Shown: piece after piece, positions 1 through 11,620 of the stretch
Layout: every line of letters starts with the position of its first letter
Position numbering within the stretch: the stretch's first letter is position 1
Assembly: GCF_006345805.1 (NCBI RefSeq)
Contig: NC_043013.1
Coordinates: 45,508,001 to 45,572,000 of the forward strand
Direction of reading: 5' to 3'
DNA: 64,000 nucleotides
Source: Octopus sinensis
Taxonomy: Eukaryota
Notes under the pieces: generated by a model
Seen by the model: the letters and a program-made list of their open reading frames with translations, nothing else
Told to the model about the DNA's origin: nothing
The model's database searches: none
Made by a program: the position numbers and the translations under genes

Positions 1-1274
1 AGTTCCTTGATGCTTTTCAACATTGTTTTCTGCAATATGTCACAATAAATCCTTGAGTCTATTGTCCTCTCAATAAATGTGAGTCCTCCCAAACCAGCCG
101 CACCCATGCATCCCCAAAGTATAACACTTCCGCCGCTGTGTTTCACAGTAGGGACGGTGCATTTGTCTCTATTATCTTTACCTATTCGTCGCTATATTCA
201 TTTAATAGCATCTGACAAAGGCGGCGAGCTGGCAGAAACGTTAGCACACCGGGCGAAATGCTTAGTGATCTTTACGTTCTGAGTTCAAATTCCGCCGAGG
301 TAGACTTTGCCTTTCATCCTTTCGGGGTCGATAAATTAAGAACCAGTTGCATACTGGGGTCGATGTAATCGACTGGCCCTCTCCCCAAAAATTTCGGGCC
401 TTGTGCCTAGAGTAGAAAAGAATACCATCTGACCCAAACAAGTTGATTTTAGTCTCGTCAGAAGAAATAATTTTATGGGTTTCGGCAAAAGAAACTCCAC
501 TTGATTTATGCCTAGTAGAGAAAAGAGGATTCCTACGAGGAATGCGTCCATGAAGAACACACTGGTTCCAACTTCGGCAAACTGTTTGGGTGGGTACACT
601 CTTTCCACTAACAGAAGACACTTTGTGGGCCAAAGGTGAAGCGGTACGACGCCTGTCGTCCATCACACAACATTGGATGTGGCGAATATCATGCACAGTT
701 AAAACAGATGGATGACATGGACAATGTTTATTGCTCAGCCGTCCAGTAGCTTTGTACTTCTGAATTACTCTGGCAACTCTCTTTACTTTAATATGTATTC
801 GTTTGCTAATTAACTTGTATCCTAAACCATTCTTGTGCAAATTAAAAATAATTTTCTTCGAATCTTCAGACAATTCTTTTCCTTTTGGTGCCATTTTAAT
901 GACAATGAAGAAGATTCTCACCACGGTACACAAATCAGAATTCCTGCAGATGCAATAACAATAACCGGTGCAAAAATGCCAGGAGAAATAATTTATTAGA
1001 ATTGAAATTATCAACAATATTTGAATTTAGTAAAAAAAAAAAATGGATAAAATATTGAATATAGCAAATTTCCTTAACATATTTTTGTAACGCTTTAAAA
1101 TTAATATTTTGTTCATATCATTGAAAATGTTTATTGTTTTACGTTCCAAATTTGTATAATGTTTGCATGTATATTTTATTCAGTATAAATTTCATTTGAT
1201 TTCCTTTGATATTATCAGAGTAATGGCAATTTTACTGAAATTTTTAGGGGTATATATACTTCTGTGAGATACTG
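1..1274 (-). mobile_element. Tc1-family DNA transposon relic (defective transposase), cut by the window edge and split by a SINE
   Basis: Minus-strand MAPKGKELSED... HTH region, then SDETKINLFGSDG, then after the SINE PTVKHSGGSVILWGCM (about 80-170). A Tc1-like terminus CAGTATCTCACAGAAGT starts at 1274. Confidence 0.9.
220..420 (+). mobile_element. tRNA-derived SINE family A (tail variant ending GCCTAGAGTAGAAAAGAATA)
   Basis: Head GGCGGCGAGCTGGCAGAAACGTTAG, B box GAGTTCAAATTCC, body GCCTTTCATCCTTTCGGGGTCGATAAA. 13-bp TSD AATAGCATCTGAC (204-216) / AATACCATCTGAC (421-433). Confidence 0.9.
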
Positions 1275-1322
1275 TGTATGTGTATATGCACACGCACATA
1301 CACATATATATGTATATATATA

Positions 1323-1620
1323 TATATATATACACACGCATGCACACACACACACTCACACACACACACACACACACATGTATATATATATATATATATA
1401 CATATATATTTTTTCTCGTATATATACATATATGTTTTTCTCATAAATTATTTGCTCTCTATTGAAATTTTATATATATACACACGCATGCACACACACA
1501 CACTCACACACACACACACACACACATGTATATATATATATATATATACATATATATTTTTTCTCGTATATATACATATATGTTTTTCTCATAAATTATT
1601 TGCTCTCTATTGAAATTTTA
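1323..1620. repeat. Exact tandem duplication, period 148 bp, of a microsatellite-rich unit
   Basis: CACACGCATG at 1333 and 1481; both copies are identical including microsatellite lengths. Confidence 0.9.
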
Positions 1621-1689
1621 TATATATATACACATATATATACATATATATATATATATTCCACCATTGCCTCAAAGTGGCTCCAGAAC

Positions 1690-2260
1690 ATGGTGCATGC
1701 ATTCCATAATCCAAAGGGATTATAATCAGGAGAAATTAGGAGGCCAGAAATTGCAATTAATGAAGATGTAAAAATTTCCCAACAACCACTTGTGACTCTT
1801 TCTGGGGGTTATGGCAAAGAGCCATATCCTGCTGCCACACATATGACCTCCCAGCACCAATACCCTTCAGCCAGGGTTTGATCATAGGGTGTCTGAATTA
1901 AGCCTGAGATCCTGTTCAAAGATCTGGGATGGCATGCTGTCCCCCTCACTGGAGGCACCAAAGACCACCTCAATTTGAGGGAACTTGGTTCACATAATGT
2001 CCATATCACATCTTACAGTGTTCACAGAGCATAGAGCAGTTGTGATGATGTTAGTATTTTGACACCTGATACAAATCATCATCATACAGGTAACTCTTAT
2101 TCAATATTCAGGTGGCTTCCAGTCCTTCACATTGGCTAACTTTTTCTCAGCTACAACGTTAATATTTATGCTCCTCAATGACATTGACTGTTCATCAATA
2201 CATCAAGCTGTCCCTGAAAAAAAGGGAACCTAAAAAGCCATCAAATTTAGTCTGAACACT
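1690..2260 (-). mobile_element. Degenerate maT/Bmmar1-like (DD37D-type) Tc1/mariner transposase remnant
   Basis: Frameshifted minus-strand peptides TKFPQIEVVFGASSEGDSMPSQIFEQDLRLNSD, KPWLKGIGAGRSYVWQQD and FWPPN..DYNPLDY resemble maT catalytic-domain motifs. Confidence 0.6.
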
Positions 2261-2345
2261 CCGCATGGGTGTGGCATCTACACCAATGAAGTCACCAAGT
2301 AACTCATGGCCACAATAAAATGACTGAAACAAGTAAGATAAAAGG

Positions 2346-2409
<64 letters not shown>

Positions 2410-3589
2410 ATCCCCCGCCACCACTTGACAACCAGTGTTGGTGTGTTTATGTCCCCATAACTTAGCAGTTTGGCAAAAGAGATCAGTGCAAGTATCAAGC
2501 TTAACAAAACTAAGTATTGGGGTCTATTCATTCGACTAAAAAAAAATCTTGAAGGCAGTGCTCCAGCATGGTCGCAATCTGATGACTGAAATAAGTAAGA
2601 GATAAAAGAAAAGATCTATGACCTGTATGCATATAATACTCTCACACTGATACTCCTCATGTAAAGGATATTGTATATATATATATACATCCTGGTCATT
2701 GATACTTCCCATATCTTCAGCCTGGTCATTCCCTTATAAGAGATATTGTACAATTACAACCTGGTCTCTGATACTCTTCTACAACTAACATATGCATTAT
2801 CAACATTGTTATTGATACGCTCCCTAATGCAACATATACTGTACCTCTACAGCCTGATTTTGGATACTCTTTATGTGTCTCTCACGCACAGACTTTCTCC
2901 CGTCTCTCTCTTTCTCTTGTAATATATATTGCTACTTGGTTATTGGTTTACCTCTTATGACAAACCTTGCTACTTTTAACTACCAAAAAAAGGGGGAATA
3001 TTCAATGGCCACCAATTCAGTATGCCAAGGCCACCAGTTTTCAATGGCCACCGATGATGTATATATTAAATCAATTGCAAACATAACTCATACAAACTAC
3101 AACAATATTCAAATTTAATCTTTTCCAATATTTATCAAGACTATTTTGAGACTCAACTGATTGTCTTCACTTTCAGCTCAGCAACCTTCCTTAGTAACCG
3201 ATTCTTCTTTGTATTGTCTGAAAAGACTTGTTACTTTGTTAACTTGTTCCTCGCTTTGTAAATATCTTATGTGAATGGCTTCTCATTGGGAATTGATGAA
3301 ATTCTTAAGATGAGGTGTTTTTTTTAAGAATCTATTTGCCTGTTATTTTATACATCGTGTTCTACTTCTTTTGTATTTTTGTTAGACGAGAAACCGTTCT
3401 GAAATAGAGTCTTAAGAAATAGTCTTCGTGAAAGATTGTGAAGGATATGAACAGAAATAGGAAGTTTAGGAACTATTTAAAAAATATTTGGATTATCCAA
3501 GAATATCTCTAAAAAATCTTTCACAACAATATATATATATATAGGAGATGACATTACAGATTAGTACCAAATGATAGTGATCATTACCT

Positions 3590-3930
3590 GCATTGCTTTA
3601 CTAGCACTTGTGCTGGTGGCACATGAAAAAACATTTGAGCGAGGTCGTTGCCAGTGCCGCTGGACTGGCTCTTGTGCAGGTGGCACATAAAAAGCACCAT
3701 TTGAGCGTGGCCGTTACCAGTACCGCCTGACTGGCCCTCGTGTTGGTGGAATCTAAAAGCACCCACTACACTGTCGGAGTGGTTGGCGTTAGGAAGGGCA
3801 TCCTGCTGTAGAAACTCTGCCAGATCAGATTGGAGTCTGGTGCAGCCATCTGGTTCGCCAGTCCTCAGCCAAATCGTCCAACCCATGCTAGCATGGAAAG
3901 CGGACATTAAACGATGATGATGATGATGAT
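3590..3930 (+). mobile_element. SINE-like family C ((ATG)n tail), 5'-truncated
   Basis: Conserved 3' block GGCGTTAGGAAGGGCATCC...CCAACCCATGCTAGCATGGAAAGCGGAC followed by (GAT)n, with internal about 60-bp subrepeats. Confidence 0.85.
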
Positions 3931-5415
3931 GGTGAAGATGAAGAAATATAATAGATAAGATGGAATCTGAGGAAAAAGTAAATGGGTATCAAAATTGTAA
4001 TCAGATCCAAAGGACATTTAATCAGAAAATCAAGTTCATCCATAAGAGATGAGGGCCATCATTTTGTTGGGGTTTTTTAAGTCATCTTTAAGGATGACTG
4101 ATGATTAGTGTTTAAAACAAAGGAGAATTGCACACTGTTGACCTCACCCTCTCAGCTGTGACTATCTTCAATCCAGTGATGAGACCAGGTCAAAATAACT
4201 GAGGATGAAGATGGATGCAGTGGATGACCAGGATGTCATACTTGCCTCATCTTGCTCTCTGCACTGCACAATGCGTTGCTGCAGTTACCTTCCACTCTGT
4301 CAGCCTGATGCTATAGAAGAAGACATTTGCTCAAGGTTCCTTGCCATGTGATTAAACCCAAAACCACGTAGTTATGAAGTAAACTTCTCACCTGAACAAT
4401 CAGGCCTTTATCTATCTGTAGAGAAAATAAAAAACATACACACCAGCAATATATACACACTATTCCACAAATCCATTACCTTGGATCAGTCCTTTTTTTT
4501 AATCTACTACTATAACCTCAGGCTGACTAATGTCTTGAGATTAGAACTGTGTTGGTGACCAAGTCATGGTGATAAAACTAAATTGTCAGAGGGTAAGGCA
4601 AGATGCCTTGCAGCCTGAATGGCTATTTTTTTCCACAGAGTCCACAAGATCCAGTTTTCACATGCATAGGTAGGCAAGTCCTTATATACTAATTAACCCA
4701 TAGTTGGAACCCTAACAGGTGGTATTATTCCAGATCAGAGCAGACCTGGGAACAATAGTGACTAAGAGACAGTTCTACACTGCTCAAAACCCTAGAACTC
4801 CTGAAACAGGACCCCACAATTGGATGCAGTTTAAAGTCATAGCCAGGACAGAAACAGAAAATAGTGTATAGCTAACAACACAGGATGAAGGCAATGCTTC
4901 AGTATGACTTACACTAAAAGTCAGATATGAAATGCAAATTATTTAATCACCAGCACAATCATCATTGTCATCATTTTTACCATTTTTCTCATGCTGGCAC
5001 ACATTGAACAAGACTTATTGAAGCAGTATTTTATGGCTGGAGGCCTTCGTGATGCAAACCTTTACTTGTTTTCCAGTTGGGTTCTTTATTCCACATCTTT
5101 GTAACATTGAATCTTGAGCTACAGGACTTTTTGTTTATGTGGGACATAAACCTGTCACCATTGTTTAAGTGCTACCAATGTGAAAACATTTGGAGACAAA
5201 GCACCCCACACACACACACAGTGGGTTCACCATACAATTTTCATCTGCCAAATTTCACTCACAAGGCATTAGTCAGCCTGATGCTATAGTAGAAGACATT
5301 TGCTCAAGGTTCCTTGCCATGTGATTAAACCCAAAACCATGTAGATAAGAAGTAAACTTCTTACCTGAACAGTCAGGCCTTTATCTATCTGTAGAGAAAA
5401 TTTCTTTAAAAACAT

Positions 5416-5618
5416 CTGACTGGCCCTCATGCCGGTGGCACATAAAAGCACCCACTACACTTTCGGAGTTGTTGGCATTAGGAAGGGCATCCAGCTGTAG
5501 AAACTCTGCCAGATCAGATTGGAGCCTGGTACAGCCATCTGGTTCGCCAGACCTCAGTCAAATCGTCCAACCCATGCTAGCATGGAAAGCAGACATTAAA
5601 CGATGATGATGATGATGA
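5416..5618 (+). mobile_element. SINE-like family C, short 5'-truncated copy
   Basis: Same 3' block and (GAT)n tail; interrupts a locally duplicated segment. Confidence 0.85.
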
Positions 5619-6725
5619 TACACACCAGCAATATATACACACTATTCCACAAATCCATTACCTTGGAGCTGTACTCTTTTTTTTAATCTTCTATATCCTC
5701 AGGTTGACTAATGCCTTGTGAGGAGAACTGTGTCGGTGACCAAGTCACGGTGATAAAACAAAATTGTCAGAGGGTAAAGCAAGACACCTTGCAGCATATG
5801 TTCCTGGTCTTTATGTTCTGACATTGACATGCAACAACATTGGTACCAAACTGTATGCATCAGCCCAAATTGGTGCACTTCAAATCATCGTGTTAATGTC
5901 TTCAAATCATTGTATTCCATGCTTGCATGGGTTGGACAGAATTTGTTGAAGCAGACTTCCTATGACTGGATGCCTTTCCTGTTGCCAACCCTCACTTATT
6001 TTCAAGTAAGGCAACATTTTCCCCATGACAAGACAGGTTTTCACTGAAGATTCGAAATGAAGGGCATCACTTGGTGAATTCACTGACAACTATCACATGG
6101 CATCAAGGAAAAGAAACAGTAACATGCACACACAAGTGGTTTCTTTCAGTTTCCATCTACCAAATCCACTCACAAAGCTTTGGAAGGCCTGAAGCAATTG
6201 TAGGAGACATTTGCCCAAGGTGCCACGCAGTGGGACTGAACCTGAAACTATGTGGTTGGAAAGCAAACTTCTCTCCACACACCCATGCCTGCTCCTTTCC
6301 TTCAGATAAATATCAATGATACAGAGAGGAGAGGCTTGCATGCATGGATAATTGCTTATCTTCCTCGGAAAACTCTTGCCCAGGCCTATGCACACTACAT
6401 GTGCAGATGCAAAGCTAACCTTGACTGATGCACATTTTATGTGCAAGTCTCTCCTCTCCATACCACAAATGTTTTCCAGAAGAAAAGCTTGGAGCCAATT
6501 ACATCATAGGTGTTACCTTCACAATGCTGACAACCAGAATAGAAACCATAAAGCACCTTCTTTGATGCTTCAAGAATTCTGTCACTTCTCTGCCCTGGAC
6601 TTTATTTATTAATCCCAACAAAAAGATGAAAAATCAAGTTGGCCTCAGTAGAATTTGAACTCAGAGAGCAGAGTTGGAACAAATTCCAAAAGGTATTCTG
6701 ACTCCTAGATGATGACTGCTCCATC

Positions 6726-7318
6726 TTATTTCTTTACTACCCACAAGGGGCTACACACAGAGGGGACAAAAAAGGACAGACAAATGGATTAAGTCGATCA
6801 TATCGACCCCAGTGCGTAACTGGTACTTATTTAATCAACCCCGAAAGGATGAAAGGTAAAGTCGACCTTGGCGGAATTTGAACTCAGAACGTAGCGGCAG
6901 ATGAAATACCTATTTCTTTACTACCCACAAGGGGCTACACACAGAGGGGACAAACAAGGACAGACAAAGGGATTAAGTCGATTATATCGACCCCATTGTG
7001 TAACTGGTACTTATTTAATCGACCCTGAAAGGATGAAAGGCAAAGTTGACCTCGGCGGAATTTGAACTCAGAACGTAATGGCAGACGAAATACCTATTTC
7101 TTTATTGTCACAAGGGGCTACACACAGAGGAGACAAACAAGGAAAGACAAATGGATTAAGTCGATTATATCGACCCCAGTGTGTAACTGGTACTTATTTA
7201 ATCGACCCTGAAAGGATGAAAGGCAAAGTTGACCTCGGCGGAATTTGAACTCAGAACGTAGCAGCAGACGAAATACCGATAAGCATTTTGCCCAGCATGC
7301 TAACGTTTCTGCCAGCTC
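6726..7318 (-). mobile_element. SINE family A trimer (one head + 3 tandem body units)
   Basis: Three about 180-bp units joined at GACGAAATAC|CTATTTCTT; a single head ends near 7318. Confidence 0.9.
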
Positions 7319-8080
7319 ATGACTGTTCCATCTTGACAGACAATATCCATCTCATGAGTAATGTTGAGACACATGTACAACATTGGATTATAGCAACATA
7401 CACTTTTATAACACATAGGCCACTCTCCAAATATGAATAGTTTAATATCCAGAAACCAACAAGATCAAGATGAACAGTAACTATCTCAACCACTCAGAGA
7501 ACCTGTGTGTGTGTACGTGTATGTATATGTGTGAGTGTGTGTATGTGTGTGTGAGTGTGTGCATATGTGTGAGTGTGCATGTGTGTGACTGTGTGTGTGT
7601 GTGTGTGTATTTGTGTGTGTCTGTGTTTGTTCCCTATCACTTCTTGACAACTGGTGTTTGTGTGTTTACATCCCCATAAATTAGTTGTTTGGTAAAAAAA
7701 GATCAATAAAATAAGTTCCAGGTTAAGAAAAAAAATAACTACTGGGGTCAGTTCATTTGACTAAAAATTCATCAAGGTGGTGCCCCAGCATGGCCACACA
7801 CTAATGACTGAAACAAATAAAAGATGGACGATAAAAGACATGTCTTCTATAATCGAGGCCAATGTCTCATTACCATGGCAATATTGCAGTTCTAATGCAA
7901 GCATCATGCAATCTGCTCTTCACTGAGGGACAAGACCAGATCACAGTGGTGCAGTGAGATACTGTGGAACTGTGCCAATGACCAAGTCACACTGATCTTC
8001 AACAAGTGAATGGAAAACGAATTTAACAGTTTTTGTGTGTATCTTTAGAGAACCAAAAATTTCTATCCCAAAAGGTAATT

Positions 8081-8478
8081 TATTTCTTTATTGCCCACAG
8101 GGGGCTAAACATAGAGGGGGCAAACAAGGACAGATGAAGGGATTAAGTTGATAACATCGACCCCAGTGCATAACTGGTACTTAATTTATCGACCCTGAAA
8201 GGATGAAAGGCAAAGTCGACCTTGGCGGAATGTGAACTCAGAATGTAATGGCAGACGAAATACCTATTTTTTTATTGCCCACAGGGGGCTAAACATAGAG
8301 GGGGCAAACAAGGACAGACGAAGGGATTAAGTTGATAACATCGACACCAGTGCATAACTGGTACTTATTTAATTAACTCTGAAAGGATGAAAAGCAAAGT
8401 CGACTTCAGCAGAATTTGAACTCAGAATGTAACAGGAGACAAAATACCGCTAATGTGTGCTAATGTTTCTGCCAGCTT
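8081..8478 (-). mobile_element. SINE family A dimer
   Basis: Two body units and one shortened head, flanked by TSD AAGGTAATT (8072-8080, 8481-8489). Confidence 0.9.
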
Positions 8479-8705
8479 ACAAGGTAATTGTTTCATTTCC
8501 AACACATGACCATCACAGATGAAATTACTTCCTGTTTACAGTCAATTCACTCTGCATGATGATAATCTTTCATAACCATTTTATAAAACTGGACAATGAA
8601 ATGCAGTGGAAGTGTGTCTGTGATAAAGTCACAGTGATGCCAAGACAAAAATGAATGGAAATGCATGTGATGAAATCACTGTGTTGCAATGAAATTCTTA
8701 CTTTT

Positions 8706-9120
8706 TATTTCTTTATTGCCCACAAGGGGCTAAACACAGAGGGGACAAACAAGGACAGACAAACAGATTAAGTCGATTATATCGACCCCAGTGTGTAACT
8801 GGTACTTAATTTATCGACCCCGAAAGGATGAAAGGCAAAGTCGACCTCAGCAGAATTTGAACTCAGAAAGTAAAGACAGACGAAATACCTAATTCTTTAC
8901 TACCCACAAGGGGCTAAACACAGAGGGGACAAACAAGGACAGACAAATGGATTAAGTCATTTACATCGATCCCAGTGCGTAAGTGGTACTTAATTTATCG
9001 ACGTCAAAAGGATGAAAGGCAAAGTCGACCTCGGTGGAATTTGAACCCAGGACGTAACAGCAGACAAAATACCGATAAGCATTTCGCCCGGTGTGCTAAC
9101 GTTTCTGCCAGCACGCCACC
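8706..9120 (-). mobile_element. SINE family A dimer
   Basis: Two body units and one head ending GCCAGCACGCCACC. Confidence 0.9.
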
Positions 9121-9306
9121 TTAATGAAAATGCAATAAAATTCTGTCACTAATCATGCTGCAGTGACGCAATAAAAACTTAACTCCTCAAGATTTTTAAT
9201 ACCTCACAATGGGACTGAACCTGGAACTGTGTGGTTGGGAAACAAGCTTCTTACCACACAGCCACATCTGCATTTCATTCAAGATATGAATGAAAAGTGA
9301 ACTTAA

Positions 9307-9525
9307 CCCTTTAGTATTTAAACCGGCCATATCCGGTCAAAATATTTAATCTGTTTTATGTTCAAACTGACCAGATCCAGGCCCTCACACCTACCCTACA
9401 ATGTTATTCTACATTAGGTAATTACACCATCAAGATCTTGAAGATATGAGATAATGCATGATTAATTCAAATCAATGGGAATCAATAAGCATTATGTTTG
9501 ATAGGATAATCTGAACACTAAAGGG
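9307..9525. mobile_element. piggyBac-like MITE (219 bp)
   Basis: TTAA|CCCTTTAG ... CTAAAGGG|TTAA. Decayed reverse copies lie near 27040-27260 and 58690-58905. Confidence 0.75.
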
Positions 9526-10080
9526 TTAACAGGGTTTTTTTGGGGTTTTTTTTTGTTTTGTATTTTTAGAGAACCAAAAATTTCTCTTCCACAAAGTAAT
9601 TGTTTCATTTCCAACACATGATCATCTCAGATCAAATCACTTCCTAGGCAAGCACAACAGAGAAATTAAATTATTTACAGTAAAATAACTCTATACGATA
9701 GTTATCTTTAATAACCATTGCATAAACCAGATTATTATTCTTCCTGTTCTTGTTGTCGCTGACCTTGTTACTGCTGTTTAGTTGTAAATTTAAATATTTC
9801 CTAACATTACATGTAATTGCAATAAGTATTGTTTCCTGGTGCTTAGTTATTTCATGTTGAATTTGCACTGGTTTCCAGTTAATTAATGATAAATTAAGTT
9901 ACATACCAAACTGGAAAAAAACATGTGCCTCCATAGTTTGATTACGAGCCAACAAGGAAGCTTCAACTTGATCACCTGATATGCTAGAAACAACAGTTAA
10001 ATTTTCCTCAAATAATATTTCACTGTCTTTGATAACTAAAAAATATTCAAATATGAAATAGAAGCAGTGCTAATGTATAG

Positions 10081-10244
10081 GCGTAGGATTGGCTGTGTGG
10101 TAAGTAGCTTGCTTACCAACCACATGGTTCCAGGTTCAGTCCCACTGCGTGGCACCTTGAGCAAGTGTCTTCTACTATAGCTTCGGGCCGACCAAAGCCT
10201 TGTGAGTGGATTTGGTAGACGGAAACTGAAAGAAGCCTGTCGTA

Positions 10245-10292
<48 letters not shown>

Positions 10293-10812
10293 ATAAGATT
10301 AGATCGTATATGAGTGGGTATATATTTGTAAAAAAGAAGTTTGAAAATGCCACTATATTAGATAAATTTTAATTTTTACATGTATATATATATATGTGCG
10401 ATAAGCTTCTTTCTGTTTTCGTGTACTAAATCTACTCACAACACCTTGGTCGCCCCGAGACTATATTAGAAGTCACTTGCGTAAAGAGAAACTGATACTG
10501 TTATAACAAACGAAAGTTGAGAATACGGAAATTCAGTCAACTCAACTAAAATTGACTGCATATATATATGTGTATGTATGTATATATATATATATGTATG
10601 TATGTATATGTCTGTGTTTGTCCCCCCAACATCACTTGACAACTGATACTGGTGTGTTTACGTCCCCGTAATTTAGTGGTTCGGTAAAAGAGACCGATAA
10701 AATAAGTACTATTCTTACAAAGAATAAGTCCTAGGGTCGATTTGCTTGACTAAAAGCAGTGCTCCAGCATGGCCACTGTCAAATGATTGAAACAAGTAAA
10801 AGAGTAAAAGAG
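10081..10812 (+). mobile_element. CORE-type tRNA SINE family B (head-CORE, central microsatellite, 3' module), with an internal insertion
   Basis: GCGTAGGA..GGCTGTGTGGTAAGTAGC head, GGTTCAGTCCC B box, CACCTTGAGCAAGTGTC resembling the MIR/CORE motif, and tail GAAACAAGTAAAAGAGTAAAAGAG. Confidence 0.85.
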
Positions 10813-11256
10813 TAACCACATATATTTAATGTAAGTGTTTCATGTATTTGTCTGTAGGCTGCGATTTGGCATGGTGGCGAATACTCTCTCAAAGCGCCAG
10901 CTACTAAAACACCTGAAAGCCATGGACAGGTGAGGAGAGAGTAATTTCCACCATGACAAATCGCAGCCTACCAGCAAACACACAAAGCATATATGTTGAG
11001 TATATGTGGTTGATAACTGAAAAAAAAAGGGTTGGTCTGAAAAATAGAATACAGGATGGTCATGCTTGAAATGTCTTTGATCATGGGTCTTCTTTTTGGT
11101 TGTCCTGAAAATAAACAATAACAGATTAGTATACTGTTTGTTATGCCTACGATGGAATTTGTACCATGAATTTATTGTTAATAAATTTAGATATCTTAGT
11201 CATGCAAATTCAGTAGGACTAAATTGATTTTAGTGATTTTAGTGATCATTATGATT

Positions 11257-11620
11257 AAGAGTGGCTGTGTGGTTAGTAGCTTGCTTACCAACCACTTGGT
11301 TCCAGGTTCAGTCCCACTGCATGGCACCTTGGGTAAGTGTCTTCTACTATAGCCTTGGGCCGACTAAAGCCTTGTGAGTGGATTTGGTAAGCAGAAACTG
11401 AAAGAAGCCCATTGTATGTGTGTGTGTGCGTGTGTGTGTTTGTATGTTTGTGTGTGTGCCCCTCACCTCCACCCCATCATTGCTTGACAACTGATGCTGG
11501 TGTGCTTACGTCCCCATAAACACACCAGCATCTTTCAGCAAAAGAGTCGAATAGAATAAGTACTAGGCTTACAAAGTATAAGTCCTGGGGTTGAGTTGCT
11601 CGATTGAAGTTTGATAAAAT
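11257..11620 (+). mobile_element. SINE family B
   Basis: Same head, CORE-like motif and 3' module as 10081-10812. Confidence 0.85.

Noticed and set aside
2578-2600. CTGATGA...GAAA as a hammerhead (similar chance hits near 26360, 37928, 59195)
   Set aside because: No stem II or stem III can form; these are parts of SINE or mariner sequence.
6726-7318. CRISPR-like or retrozyme reading of the tandem about 180-bp units
   Set aside because: There are no unique spacers and the context is eukaryotic. No CUGANGA/GAAA hammerhead core could be folded in the unit on either strand.
11050-11104. Minus-strand acceptor TGTTTATTTTCAG| at 11104 as exon 2 of the candidate left gene
   Set aside because: Joined in phase 0 to the ATG at 18931 it stops after 8 codons (MDNQKEDP*), and no good donor follows.
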